Source: Candidatus Brocadia sp. (GTDB lineage: Bacteria; Planctomycetota; Brocadiia; Brocadiales; Brocadiaceae). From it: a stretch of DNA of 32,000 nt. The DNA is taken from positions 3,900,001 to 3,932,000 of the forward strand of contig CP091279.1 of NCBI GenBank assembly GCA_021650915.1. The letters run 5' to 3'. Below the pieces are notes generated by a model. The model worked only from the letters and a program-made list of their open reading frames with translations. It made no database searches and was not told the origin of the DNA. Positions within the stretch are counted from its first letter, which is position 1; each line of letters opens with the position of its first letter. Below are positions 9,426-18,923 of the stretch, in pieces. A program made the translations under genes and the position numbers.

Positions 9426-10003
9426 ATGTCAAAAAAAAAAGACCTGGTGAAAACATCTCTGGATAATGCGTTTGAACATACATCACGAAGGGAAAAGGGG
9501 AAATCCAGTACTTAAGGAAAAGGCTTACTTCCTATGAGAGAAACTCCTCCAATTCCCATAAACCACCTTCACAGGATAACCCCTTTCAAAAATGCCGTGC
9601 ACCCAGACGTGGCGCTTCCGGCAGAAAGCCGGGCGGCCAAAAAGGTCATCCGGGTAAAGCCCGTGTCATGGCCTTGCCAAGCCATGTCTCTCAAACCATT
9701 CATCACAAACCCCAATCCTGCAAGCATTGTGGCATCTCTTTCTGTGAATCTCACGAAAGTGTTCCCGCCCAAAAACGCCAGGTATGGGAAATCCCAGAAA
9801 TCAAACCATCGGTTGTCGAACATGTCTTCTATAGAACAACCTGCTCGTGCGGACACAAAAACCGTCCTGACGTCCCTGAATGGATCTACTCAGGTACAGG
9901 GGAAAACCTCCAGGCGCTTATCGCTTACCTGACCGTTGAAGGAAAACTCTCACGGCGCACTCTCCAGAGTATCCTGGAGAACGTCTTCCACGTACCCCCT
10001 CTG
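9426..10003 (+). pseudogene. IS66-family transposase (TnpC), 5' fragment
   Basis: Reads ...NSSNSHKPPSQDNPF...SGRKPGGQKGHPG...HKPQSCKHCG...RQVWEIPEIKPSVVEHVFYRTTCSCGH, which includes the zf-IS66 pattern. The frame changes near 9480, and the fragment ends at the IS3 left terminus. Confidence 0.75.
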
Positions 10004-10066
10004 TGTCAATAATAGTTGGACACTTTACCTCATATAGTTTAGTGTAGGGCGTAAAGGAGAAAAACT

Positions 10067-10558
10067 ATGAAAAACAGGAGTACAATAAGTTTGAAGACAA
10101 ATAACACGCCAGGGGAAACGGAAGGAGCCCGTAGGGCGACTGGAGTTTCCCCTGGCGGCGCAATTCAAAGCGATCATTTTCCTGACCCTGAGGTAACCGA
10201 GAAGGCTGTTCGGAGGAAATTCACCGCGAAATACAAACTCCGCATCCTTCAAGAGGCGGAAGTCTGTGCCACACAGGGTCAAATGGGGGCGCTTTTACGC
10301 CGTGAAGGACTCTATTCGTCCAACCTCACTACATGGCGTCGTCAACAGAAGAAAGGCGCCCTGGAAACGCTTTCCCCAAAACATCGCGGCCCAAAGGCGA
10401 AAAATATCACTCCCTCCGATCGTCGTATTGCTGAACTGGAAAAGGAAAACTGTCAGCTGAAAGAGAAACTCAAACAGGCAGAAACCATTATTGACGTCCA
10501 AAAAAAACTCTCGGAAATACTTCGGATACCGCTCGATCCAACCGGAGAGAAAATATGA
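10067..10558 (+). CDS. IS3 OrfA (HTH / leucine-zipper DNA-binding protein)
   Basis: 163 aa with an AAGGAG-type RBS upstream and a coiled-coil segment IAELEKENCQLKEKLKQAE. It ends in an ATGATG overlap with orfB. Confidence 0.85.
   Translation: MKNRSTISLKTNNTPGETEGARRATGVSPGGAIQSDHFPDPEVTEKAVRRKFTAKYKLRILQEAEVCATQGQMGALLRREGLYSSNLTTWRRQQKKGALETLSPKHRGPKAKNITPSDRRIAELEKENCQLKEKLKQAETIIDVQKKLSEILRIPLDPTGEKI
10501..10507 (+). promoter_or_regulatory. Programmed -1 ribosomal frameshift heptamer A AAA AAA (OrfAB fusion)
   Basis: In the orfA frame the sequence reads caA AAA AAA ctc. A -1 slip enters the orfB frame, which is open from 10507 (TLGNTSDTARSNRRENMMRAAE...). Confidence 0.8.
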
Positions 10559-11433
10559 TGCGTGCCGCTGAATCTCTTGCTCAACAGGTGCGTATCAAAA
10601 AGGCCTGCAAGGCGCTGGGTATCCCAAGAGCGACTTACTATTACTACCAGAAAGGGAAACATGACCTCGTGGGAAAAAGAGGTTATTCGACTCCTCCACT
10701 GGCATTATCTGAGCAAGAACAGCAAGCGGTACTTGATATCTTACATAGTGAACGCTTTATGGATAAGGCCCCGCATGAGATTTATGCAACGTTGCTTGAT
10801 GAAGGAACCTACCTGTGCTCCACAAGAACCATGTACCGGATCCTTGAAAAACATGGTGAAGTGCATGAAAGAAGAAACCTGGTGCTCAGACCCCATTACC
10901 AGAAACCGGAGCTCCTGGCAACGGCCTCCAATCAGGTATGGTCATGGGATATTACAAAACTCAAGGGGCCTGCAAAGTGGACATATTTCTATCTCTATGT
11001 CATTCTCGACATCTTCAGCCGTTATGTCGTCGGATGGATGGTTGCATACCGTGAACTGGCCGCATTGGCGCAACGACTTATCGTGGATAGCTGTCAAAAA
11101 CAGACTATCAGGCCTGAACAACTGGTAATCCACGCTGATCGTGGATCAAGTATGACATCCAAGCCTGTGGCGTTTCTTCTGTCTGATCTGGGAATAACAA
11201 AAAGTCATTCTCGTCCTTACGTCAGTAACGACAACCCTTATTCGGAGGCACAGTTTAAAACCCTCAAGTACAGGCCGGATTTCCCGGATACTTTCGGCTC
11301 AATTGAGGATGCCAGGGTCTTCTGTAAGAGCTTCTTCACCTGGTACAATACAGAACATCGTCATTCCGGCATCGGTCTCTTGAAACCAGAAGACGTCCAC
11401 TATGGACGTACGCATCAAATTGTGAAAGAATGA
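10555..11433 (+). CDS. IS3 OrfB (DDE/rve integrase-type catalytic domain)
   Basis: 292 aa with WSWDITKL..YLYVILDIFSRYVVGW, HADRGSSMTS and SRPYVSNDNPYSEAQFKTLKY (DD35E pattern). Confidence 0.9.
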   Translation: MMRAAESLAQQVRIKKACKALGIPRATYYYYQKGKHDLVGKRGYSTPPLALSEQEQQAVLDILHSERFMDKAPHEIYATLLDEGTYLCSTRTMYRILEKHGEVHERRNLVLRPHYQKPELLATASNQVWSWDITKLKGPAKWTYFYLYVILDIFSRYVVGWMVAYRELAALAQRLIVDSCQKQTIRPEQLVIHADRGSSMTSKPVAFLLSDLGITKSHSRPYVSNDNPYSEAQFKTLKYRPDFPDTFGSIEDARVFCKSFFTWYNTEHRHSGIGLLKPEDVHYGRTHQIVKE

Positions 11434-11687
11434 AGTCTTGTCTTAAAAACCGCCTTTGAAAATCACCCTGAACGATTCAAAGAAATTCCCCCTAAACCAT
11501 CAAGTGCGCCTGTGGCTGCTTGGATTAATAAACCAAAAACGGAATTTACTCTGTGATTAGAGTCTAAATTATTTTTTAAAGTGTCTAATTTCCATTGACA
11601 TATTCCGCTGCCTATCATCACAATGGCTTTGATGCGGGATAACGATACACTGGAGGACTTTTGTCTGATCTCTATTTAACAACGCTA

Positions 11688-13022
11688 CTAAAAATTTAAT
11701 CCAGCTGCTAGAGACAACGTATTTCTGGAAAAATCGCCGAAGTCAATATTGTCGTTATTAAAATCATAGTTATAATTGAACTCAGCAAACCACCACTCCT
11801 GAGGACTGTACCTTACATTCAAATCGACATTAACGCCATCAATTTTTTCAGTAATTCCAAATGCTTCGTTTTCTTCTAAAAATTTTAGTTTTGAATAACC
11901 AACATCAATAAATGCATCAAACCTATCGTGTGTAATGGTATATCTTATTCCAATTGCCAAATAAAGATATGCATTATTATCTGATGCACGCAGTTCTCTA
12001 ATACTTCTTTCGCCATGTATCTCAATTGATGACACGGGATTAATGGCATATCGATCCCCTAAGACTGTTGTGAGCCCTTTGAAGTCTTCTAAGGTACTAT
12101 TGCTGTTATAATCCGAAATTCTGTATTCCGTATTTAAATACACTGCATTTTTGGGAGTAATGTTCCATGTAATGTCAAATGGTATATTTTTTCTTATGCT
12201 ATCATTATTTTCGTTTAAATCATAGCGTTGAACAGTATAAACAAACCCGGAAGAAATCTGTATTGGTAAAAAAGGATAGTTATAATTAGCAAGCGTCCTA
12301 ATAATGTCGGTATTATAGTCCGAGTCTTCAAATTCTTTTTCTTCATAGCTTACGTCACGGTTTGCATAATGAATCGAAGAATCAAGATTAGGGAAAAAAT
12401 CGGGAAGATCCAGATCGAAACTTGCGAGGTTTATTATGAATTCTCTCTTTGCAACAAAAGTTTCGAGAGCAAAATCTTCTGTGGGCACTTCTTCAATATT
12501 ACCAACAAACCTCCTGTTTACTATCCCAGGAATTTCTCTCTTGCTAAGCTGATCACTAACACTAAAATTAAAATCATTTGCAAATCTAAAGTCAAAAGCT
12601 GCTTTTACTGATTGATTAATATGATTTTGTTCATCTAACCGCATGTAATCATAAATTTCAGCATTATAGTTGAGATAGGTGCGTGAAAAATCTGACAGAG
12701 GCGACGCAAGTTCTATGCCAGCAAGGTGGGAGGTGTAAAAATCTGAAACCTCATCAGCGCTGGAAAAAAACACATTGTCGTCGAAAGTTTCTTTTATTTG
12801 ATACGATGGACTTATCCCGATTGGTCCAACATGCAAGTCATGATAAAGCATAGATAGCGTATCCATGATGTTAAACCCGGATACGATCGGTAATTCACGC
12901 GTTTCTGAATTGTAAGGGCTTAATTCTTCAGATAACACATAAGATTGTCTTAAATATACAAAGAGACACGAAAGGATAGTTACAATAATCAAACAGAATT
13001 GTCGGAGATATTTATTCATCAT
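11688..13022 (-). CDS. Putative outer-membrane beta-barrel protein
   Basis: 444 aa with an N-terminal signal-like segment (FCLIIVTILSCLFVY). It is rich in N/D/Y/F with alternating-hydrophobicity strands, and it ends in ...LSLAAGLNF (terminal aromatic residue, an OMP-type signature). The gene is strongly AT-rich. Confidence 0.55.
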   Translation of the reverse strand: MMNKYLRQFCLIIVTILSCLFVYLRQSYVLSEELSPYNSETRELPIVSGFNIMDTLSMLYHDLHVGPIGISPSYQIKETFDDNVFFSSADEVSDFYTSHLAGIELASPLSDFSRTYLNYNAEIYDYMRLDEQNHINQSVKAAFDFRFANDFNFSVSDQLSKREIPGIVNRRFVGNIEEVPTEDFALETFVAKREFIINLASFDLDLPDFFPNLDSSIHYANRDVSYEEKEFEDSDYNTDIIRTLANYNYPFLPIQISSGFVYTVQRYDLNENNDSIRKNIPFDITWNITPKNAVYLNTEYRISDYNSNSTLEDFKGLTTVLGDRYAINPVSSIEIHGERSIRELRASDNNAYLYLAIGIRYTITHDRFDAFIDVGYSKLKFLEENEAFGITEKIDGVNVDLNVRYSPQEWWFAEFNYNYDFNNDNIDFGDFSRNTLSLAAGLNF

Positions 13023-13747
13023 CTATTTTTTGCTATATTCCTTGCTCTTTTCATAGTTTGGCCATTAAAGCTTTTTCTCTCTTTTTCCTGCTTCCCAAGC
13101 GAAAACAAATCTTATTAGTATAAGTTTTAAAATTATTTAACAGCCCTTCCCAATTGTAAGAGGGAAAAATTATCAGAGCCAAGAAGTAAAAACAATACTT
13201 CTTTTTCCTAAATAATGGGCAGAAAATTTGTTTAAGGTTGATCCAGATTTGTTTTTTCAAGGAATTTAGCGATTTGATTGTATCTTAACAGAAAAGGTTT
13301 TTCAAATATAATCCGTTTGCTAAGCGTTATTATTTTTTTGAACCAAATACTGAATTATTTTTTCCTTAAGCCGCTAAGTGCTCATTGAAGTAAAACAACC
13401 GATACAATTTTGAAATTCCTGCATATCAAGATTACTCTCAAAAAAATTCTGTTTAAATCTTCACTGAAAGGAGGAATTAATCTATTGGGAATGTATGTAC
13501 ATTGTTACTATTTTCATTTTTAACGTAATTTGAATTTCAGAAACCTGAAAAAGGCAAACCATTCGAAAGGATGGGACGCAAAGCCACTGGCCTAAATCTC
13601 AAATGTTGAGATATGGTAGCGGGTTGCCAGGCAAATATAGTATCTCCTTAACGAGCTGTATTTGCATGGCATTATATGCATGAAAGGAGATATAATATCT
13701 GACATAATTAAGTAGACTTTTTCCAACCAATACGCTATGCTAACGGC

Positions 13748-13914
13748 ATGGCATATGGGTATAGCATTGATCATGCTACGCTTGAGATTATGAGAATGAC
13801 CGCAGTGCGCATGGTAAAACGAGGCATCCGTGTCGAAGATATTGCAGAGGGCATGAGATTGAATCGTTCTACCGTGTTTGGATGGCTCCAAAAATATCGC
13901 CAGCATGGTCTTAA
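13748..13914 (+). pseudogene. IS630-family transposase (copy 1), N-terminal HTH part, cut by an inserted element
   Basis: Reads MAYGYSIDHATLEIMRMTAVRMVKRGIRVEDIAEGMRLNRSTVFGWLQKYRQHGL. The sequence continues at 15924. Confidence 0.7.
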
Positions 13915-15923
13915 CCCGACTTTCGCAATTCGAGGGGTATGCAACCCGCTAAGCCAGGGAAATCAAGGAGTCATGTAAAAAGGTCGGCACTACAGACCGA
14001 CCTGTCCGGATGCGTAAACCTTGGGCGGCGGTTGTTCAGGAAGCGTCAATCCCAACTGCGCCAAAAGGAGTAAAACGTCCTTCTCCGGCTGGGTATAACG
14101 GCTCATGACAATATGACAGCCATCCATGGTCGGTAAATGAACGTCTATCATTTGAATGCCCGACAGTTTTTCCAAAATCGCTTCAGACGTCAGCCCGCCG
14201 GCTCTCCCCCGCGCAAGATTGCGCAGCGTCGTGTGGAGACAAAAAGCCAAAAAGGAGACAAAGATATGGGCTTCAATTCTCCGTTCCAGTTGGTGCCATA
14301 GGGGACGGAGGGAAAGAGACCCCTTCAAGTCCTTAAATGCCTGTTCTATCCGCGTCAACAGCAAATAGTTTTCCCAGACGGTTTCTGGCGCGGTGGCCTG
14401 CATGTTGGAACGAAGCAAATAACGCCCCTCGCGCCGATACGCCTGCCTCAGGCGTTCCCGATCCAAACTGAACCGGAACGTATTCTCATTGACCGGTTCC
14501 TGCGGTTTGGGAATGGAGATCGTGACCAGTCTGTAGTCTCGTCCGGCTTCTTTCTTTAACGCGCCAATATGCATGAGCAGGTCATCGCGCGTGAGGGCTT
14601 TTCGATTGCGAAGTTCGCGCAGACCCATCCACAAACGTCTGAGTCTGCGCCTACGCATGGCACGCTCCTTAGACACCCGGTCATGGCTTTCCACGTAAAC
14701 GTAAAACTCCGATTCCTGCCGAAGAACTTTCACGCGGACGCTCTCCCTCGCCCGCATCCAGGTTTGTTCGAGCAGCGGTTTTTCTACTCTCGTCAAATGC
14801 CCCTTCGGAGTCCCAACCAAATAATCAATCCCGCGCTCACGCATCTTTTCCAACATCTCCTCCGTTGGAATACCGCGATCCATAAGCCAGGTGCGCCGGA
14901 ATTTCCCATACTGCTTTTCAATCCGATCCAGAAATTCCTCCAGCGTTGCGGTGTCTCTGGTATTGCCCGGATACACTTCGTAGGCCACGGGAAATCCTTC
15001 CGGCGTTAACACCAATGCCACTACCACCTGCACGCAATCCGAACGTTTGTCCCGGCTATATCCAAACCGTTTCTTACTCCCCGATCCAGTCGGAGGTGGG
15101 TCACTTTCAAAATACGTACTCGTCAAATCATACAGCAGTACATCGTACTTCGCCCCAAAGAGCTTGCCCCACTTCTCCTTTAAATAGGCAAACAGCTCGT
15201 CCCGATGCTCAAGCAACAAATCCAAACAACGATACGCCTTGTCCTTCTGCGCCAGGGAATAATCCTCTCCCAGCAGATCGCCTATTGCGCTCCGCACGTA
15301 CCACTCACGGTGAAAACGAAATTCGCTTCCCGGATCGATCAACCGGTAACAGACAAGCGCCTTCAGCATATTCAACCAGCTTGTCCCCTTCCGGCTTGAC
15401 GGCAGACGCATCCTCCAGAATGTGTCCAGTTCCAGCATATTCCATACATACAATCCCAACCAGCTTGCTCCCCACTCCCGTGGATGGCGCAGCTCTATTT
15501 TGTCCAACCTCACCCGAACGGTCTCACCATCCGGTATCGGCATGGCTTCCCGGTCGTCCGGGGAAACAACACCAGTTGTCTTGGCCTGGGTTCTTTACCC
15601 GACACCGCCTCTATCGTCCGAATCCACCCAGCCCGTTGATTGTCATTGGGTTCTCCCAAATAGAGAACCTGCCGCTGCACCACCCTTCTTCCGGTAACCC
15701 GGCGGTTCTCCACCACACTCCAATACCGGTGGGTTTTCCCATCCTTCGTTCGTGTCTTTTCCCGGAGAAACATGCGAGCATTTTCGCACTTCCTCCTGCA
15801 TGCGTCAAGAGGGTAGGTCGGCACTACAAGCCGTTTTGAAAATTCACCCCTTGAATATCACGGGTTTCCTGGCGACTCTTGCCCAAAAATAAACTTTTTT
15901 GGACGCGAATTGCGAAAGTCGGG
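13915..15923 (-). mobile_element. IS4/IS1634-type element bounded by perfect 18-bp inverted repeats
   Basis: cccgactttcgcaattcg (13915-13932) is the exact reverse complement of 15906-15923. The element interrupts IS630 copy 1. An internal 13-nt direct repeat, ggtcggcactaca, occurs at 13982-13994 and 15816-15828. Confidence 0.8.
13990..15773 (-). pseudogene. IS1634/IS4-family DDE transposase with one frameshift
   Basis: The N-terminal piece MFLREKTRTKDGKTHRYWSVVENRRVTGRRVVQRQVLYLGE... (ORF 15510-15824) continues as ...PDDREAMPIPDGETVRVRL in the 517-aa ORF 13990-15543. The frame changes at the G4/C4 run 15560-15563. Confidence 0.8.
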
Positions 15924-16435
15924 CTAATCCAGAAAGACAACAGAAGCTCCATCGAAACTGGAACAAAGAACTATCCTTAAATTGATGGATATCCTGCGAC
16001 AGCCAGCAACTGATTACGGTTTTGCCTCTGATCTTTGGACTGGGCCTCGTGTACGAATTCTTATACGAAATAAGTTCGGCGTAAAGATGCACAGGGATTA
16101 TATGCCGAGATTTTTGAGAAGATTGGGGTTTGTGCGTAAAAGCCCTGAGAGGCGAGCGCTGGAACAAGATATTAAGGAAGTCCGAAGATGGAAAAGACAT
16201 GAACTCCCCAAGATTACATGCTCTGCTTCTCAATCCAAGGGAATAATCCTTTATGGAGATGAGAGTGTTTTCAAGCCGATTCCTCATGTGGGAAAAACAT
16301 GGCCTTTTCCCGATGTTAAACCAATTGTTCGTGTCCTTGGCAAAAAAAGGCATTTACGTTGCAGTTACTTCTGCTGTTATACTCAGGATGTTCATAAAAT
16401 GTGATTTTAGATTGATAGATTTACAAGGAACGATA
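15924..16435 (+). pseudogene. IS630-family transposase (copy 1), middle part
   Basis: Reads SRKTTEAPSKLEQRTILKLMDILRQPATDYGFASDLWTG...IILYGDESVFKPIPHVGKTWPFPDVKPIVRVLGKK. A frame change follows at the A7 run 16342-16348. The alternative frame (GIYVAVTSAV...) stays open up to the TA at 16434-16435. Confidence 0.7.
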
Positions 16436-16852
16436 TAATTTTCAGTGCGCGAGATTATTTTACAGAACCTTCCCGTGAGGAGAGTATGATAAAAATAACG
16501 TTTACTGAAGAAGCGACACAAGCATTAAATTGTGAACGGTATCACCATCCCCATCCATGAGTGCAACGAAAGATGGAAGCCTTATGGCTCAAAAGTCAAG
16601 GTGAGCCGCATAACAAAATAGCACAATTAACCGGAGTTTCAATTAATGTTGTTACCCAGTACCTCAGAGAATACGAAGCTGGAGGCATAGAGAAATTAAA
16701 AGAGATCAATTTTTATCGTCCTGAAAGTAAACTGATTGAGTATAAACAAACGATTGAAGATTCCTTTCGAGAACAACCACCCGCAACGATCAAAGAGGCT
16801 ATGAGTGCAATAGAAGAGCTAACCAGGCTCAAGCGCAGTGAAAAACAAGTAA
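16436..16852 (+). pseudogene. IS630-family element (subtype 2), 5' end with the first approx. 122 codons of the transposase
   Basis: ATG at 16486. Reads MIKITFTEEATQALNCERYHHPHP*VQRKMEALWLKSQGEPHNKIAQLTGVS...GGIEKLKEINFYRPES...RLKRSEKQV. There is an in-frame TGA at 16558-16560. The fragment is cut by the IS1380 terminus at 16853. Confidence 0.75.
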
Positions 16853-18567
16853 CCTAAATTCTGCAAATGATTTTCGCGTAGCGAAAATCGGCCTTCCATA
16901 ATACCTTTGCTATGCAAAAATCAGTGATAGACTTCAATATTTGACGGTTTGCGGAGTTACCCGGGGCGGCATGGCAGACGATAAGAATCTGGAAATAGCC
17001 CTGCCAAAACCATTCTGAGCAACAAAAACCGGGATGGAGACAGACCATCCTCCCCTGCTGCATTCTGAGCACCCAAAATATCTGGAGTCAAAGACAAGAA
17101 TTGCTTTCTAGCCGAACACCACACTCAGCGACATGCCTTCCCACGCCCGCCATTCTTCCTGATGAAGAAACTTCTCCGGTAACTTTAAGGTCAATTGCCT
17201 GCTGCCCTTTGTCAATTTCCCTGCAACACGAATCAACCACAACCGCATCGTCTTTACTTCCCACTGCTGCACCAATCCTCCGGTGAGCAGCGCCATCCAC
17301 TTCAAGAGGTTATACGCCAACACCGCACACTGAAATAACGCCGCATTTGCCAGAAACTCACCCGTGCGCAGATGACCCGCATTCATCTGACTCTTACACT
17401 CTTCTATCCACGTCTCGCAGGTCGCCCTCTTTCCATACGACCAATGCGCTTCTATCGGACCGAACCGCTCCGTCGTAACGTAGCAGAAATACTCATACAC
17501 CGGTATGGGAAACAACCCCCCTCTCTCGATTTTGATCAACTTCTTTACTGCCACAAATCGTCTTGCACGATTCCACTCACCGCACCGATACGTAAAATCT
17601 GCCTGCTCCCACCCTGCATGCCCTTCCACTGCCTCCCACTTCTGCCCTTCGAGCAACCCCACCAGATTCTTCAGCTTCACCTTGATAAGGTATCCCGCGG
17701 ATACCGACTCCAGGTAATCCAGCAACTCTCCCGAGAAAAAACCACTGTCTCCCCGAAAGATCACCCGTACCCGCTTCTTCGTATACGCCATACACTCCCT
17801 CATAAACTCTACAATCCCATTGCCCATGTATGCGCTCCCGCAGCGAAACCAACTATGCAATATCTCTTTCGTCTCTGCCACAAATGCTATCATGGGATGA
17901 TACGCCTTCTGTCCCTTCTTTTTGGGGTTATATCCCACTTCCGCACCCTGCTGATCCCCATAGACTCCGTCCACCGTTGAATCAACGTCTATCCACATAT
18001 CGCTCAGCGCACTTCTTAATGTATGCCCTGAACGCACCGCCCGTTTCCACACCTGTCCCCGGAATCGATGGATTATCCCCGTCAGTTCCACAATATCCCC
18101 CGGACTTACCAGCTTCATAATACGCCCTATCGTGCTATCGACGGGAATCTCTTTCCATCCCGGTATCTTCTTCAGTACCTCATCCGACCACACCTTCACT
18201 ACCTGCACCATCGAGGTCGCTCCCGCTATCAACCCCACGACGACCATTTGCACACCATCAACCATCTGATACCGTGCATTTGCCCCCCGCTCCTTACGTA
18301 CTGTCTCTTGCACTCTCTGTCTGAATAACAACTTCCCCATGAAAGTCAGTACCGGTAAGAGTCCTGCATGCACGGTTAATCCCTTCCCACTCATCTCCGT
18401 CTTGATTTTCGGTTGTCTTCTCTCCTCGTTTTGTGCTATAGTCTTCATGGAATTGGTGAACCTCCTTTTCGGTGTTTTTGTTCTTAAAATACCTTGAAAC
18501 CCCTGGAGATTCTATCATTTCTGACCTAACCCTGCAACAAGGCTTTGCCTTGTTTGCAGGATTTAGG
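16853..18567 (-). mobile_element. IS1380-family insertion sequence
   Basis: Terminal inverted repeats cctaaattctgcaaa (16853-16867) and tttgcaggatttagg (18553-18567) match at 14/15. TAA is present on both flanks (16850-52 and 18568-70). Confidence 0.8.
17108..18448 (-). CDS. IS1380-family DDE transposase
   Basis: 446-aa intact ORF with the characteristic GYNPKKKGQKAYHP motif, DVDSTV, and FRGDSGFF. Confidence 0.85.
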   Translation of the reverse strand: MKTIAQNEERRQPKIKTEMSGKGLTVHAGLLPVLTFMGKLLFRQRVQETVRKERGANARYQMVDGVQMVVVGLIAGATSMVQVVKVWSDEVLKKIPGWKEIPVDSTIGRIMKLVSPGDIVELTGIIHRFRGQVWKRAVRSGHTLRSALSDMWIDVDSTVDGVYGDQQGAEVGYNPKKKGQKAYHPMIAFVAETKEILHSWFRCGSAYMGNGIVEFMRECMAYTKKRVRVIFRGDSGFFSGELLDYLESVSAGYLIKVKLKNLVGLLEGQKWEAVEGHAGWEQADFTYRCGEWNRARRFVAVKKLIKIERGGLFPIPVYEYFCYVTTERFGPIEAHWSYGKRATCETWIEECKSQMNAGHLRTGEFLANAALFQCAVLAYNLLKWMALLTGGLVQQWEVKTMRLWLIRVAGKLTKGSRQLTLKLPEKFLHQEEWRAWEGMSLSVVFG

Positions 18568-18582
18568 TAATATTTTAAGTAG

Positions 18583-18795
18583 TGGAATGCAGCACGGGAA
18601 GATTGGGCAACCCATCGCATCGGCCAAGCCCATGGTGTGCAGGTTTTCAAGCTCATCGCCAGAGTCACCCTGGAAGAAAAGATCGACGCCATGATCACCA
18701 CCAAGGCCATCCTCATGAATTCCGTCGTGGAGTCAGACGATGCCGTGTTCAAGACGTTTTCGAGGAAAGAGTTGATAGAGTTGTTGACGTTTTGA
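18583..18795 (+). pseudogene. SNF2-family helicase, last 70 codons only
   Basis: Reads WNAAREDWATHRIGQAHGVQVFKLIARVTLEEKIDAMITTKAILMNSVVESDD...KELIELLTF*, covering helicase motif VI (HRIGQ) and the C-terminal tail. A TAG codon lies immediately before it, and the IS1380 end is 15 nt upstream. Confidence 0.7.
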
Positions 18796-18851
18796 GATTC
18801 CGAAATATCTGTAAAAAGCAGGAAATAAAGTGATATCTAGAATTATTTCTA

Positions 18852-18892
18852 TTTTACCTAATTGGTTGTTCTTTTCCAAAAATTAGGTAAAA
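18852..18892. promoter_or_regulatory. Perfect 12-bp AT-rich inverted repeat upstream of ORF 18924 (operator or terminator candidate)
   Basis: ttttacctaatt (18852-18863) and aattaggtaaaa (18881-18892), separated by a 17-nt spacer. Confidence 0.3.
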
Positions 18893-18923
18893 ACTAAAAT
18901 AGCAGTATATCAAACTTATAGAA

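Larger units (their letters stand above)
10004..11600 (+). mobile_element. IS3-family insertion sequence, apparently intact
   Basis: It has TG...CA termini. IRL is tgtcaataatagttggacacttta and the reverse complement of IRR is tgtcaatggaaattagacacttta (about 19/24 identical). It has orfA/orfB architecture with an A-run slippery site. No target duplication is present (ctg versus tat). Confidence 0.9.

Noticed and set aside
14946-15839. 297-aa plus-strand ORF. Similar long antisense ORFs occur at 21177-21929 (250 aa), 17372-17980, 879-1379 and 3346-3801.
   Set aside because: All are shadow ORFs opposite well-supported genes (transposases, RNase H, selB). They have low-complexity Pro/Ser/Leu-rich translations and no motifs.
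13911-15927. TAA present on both flanks of the IS1634-type element and of IS1380 (16850-52 / 18568-70), considered as target-site duplications.
   Set aside because: Three A/T-rich bases can match by chance. For IS1380 the two flanks are unrelated sequences (an IS630 fragment versus the helicase tail), so a simple insertion with a TSD is unlikely.
16342-16348. Frameshifts at the same codon in two IS630 copies, considered as a conserved programmed frameshift site.
   Set aside because: The two shifts go in opposite directions (+1 and -1). Neither sits on an X XXY YYZ heptamer in frame, and both are explained by a 1-nt change in a homopolymer.
16558-16560. In-frame TGA in an ORF a few kb from selB, considered as a possible selenocysteine codon.
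   Set aside because: It lies inside an IS630 transposase fragment, at a position that I recall as Arg (CGA) in related transposases (HPHPRVQRKMEAL). I saw no SECIS-like hairpin directly downstream. A simple nonsense mutation is far more likely.
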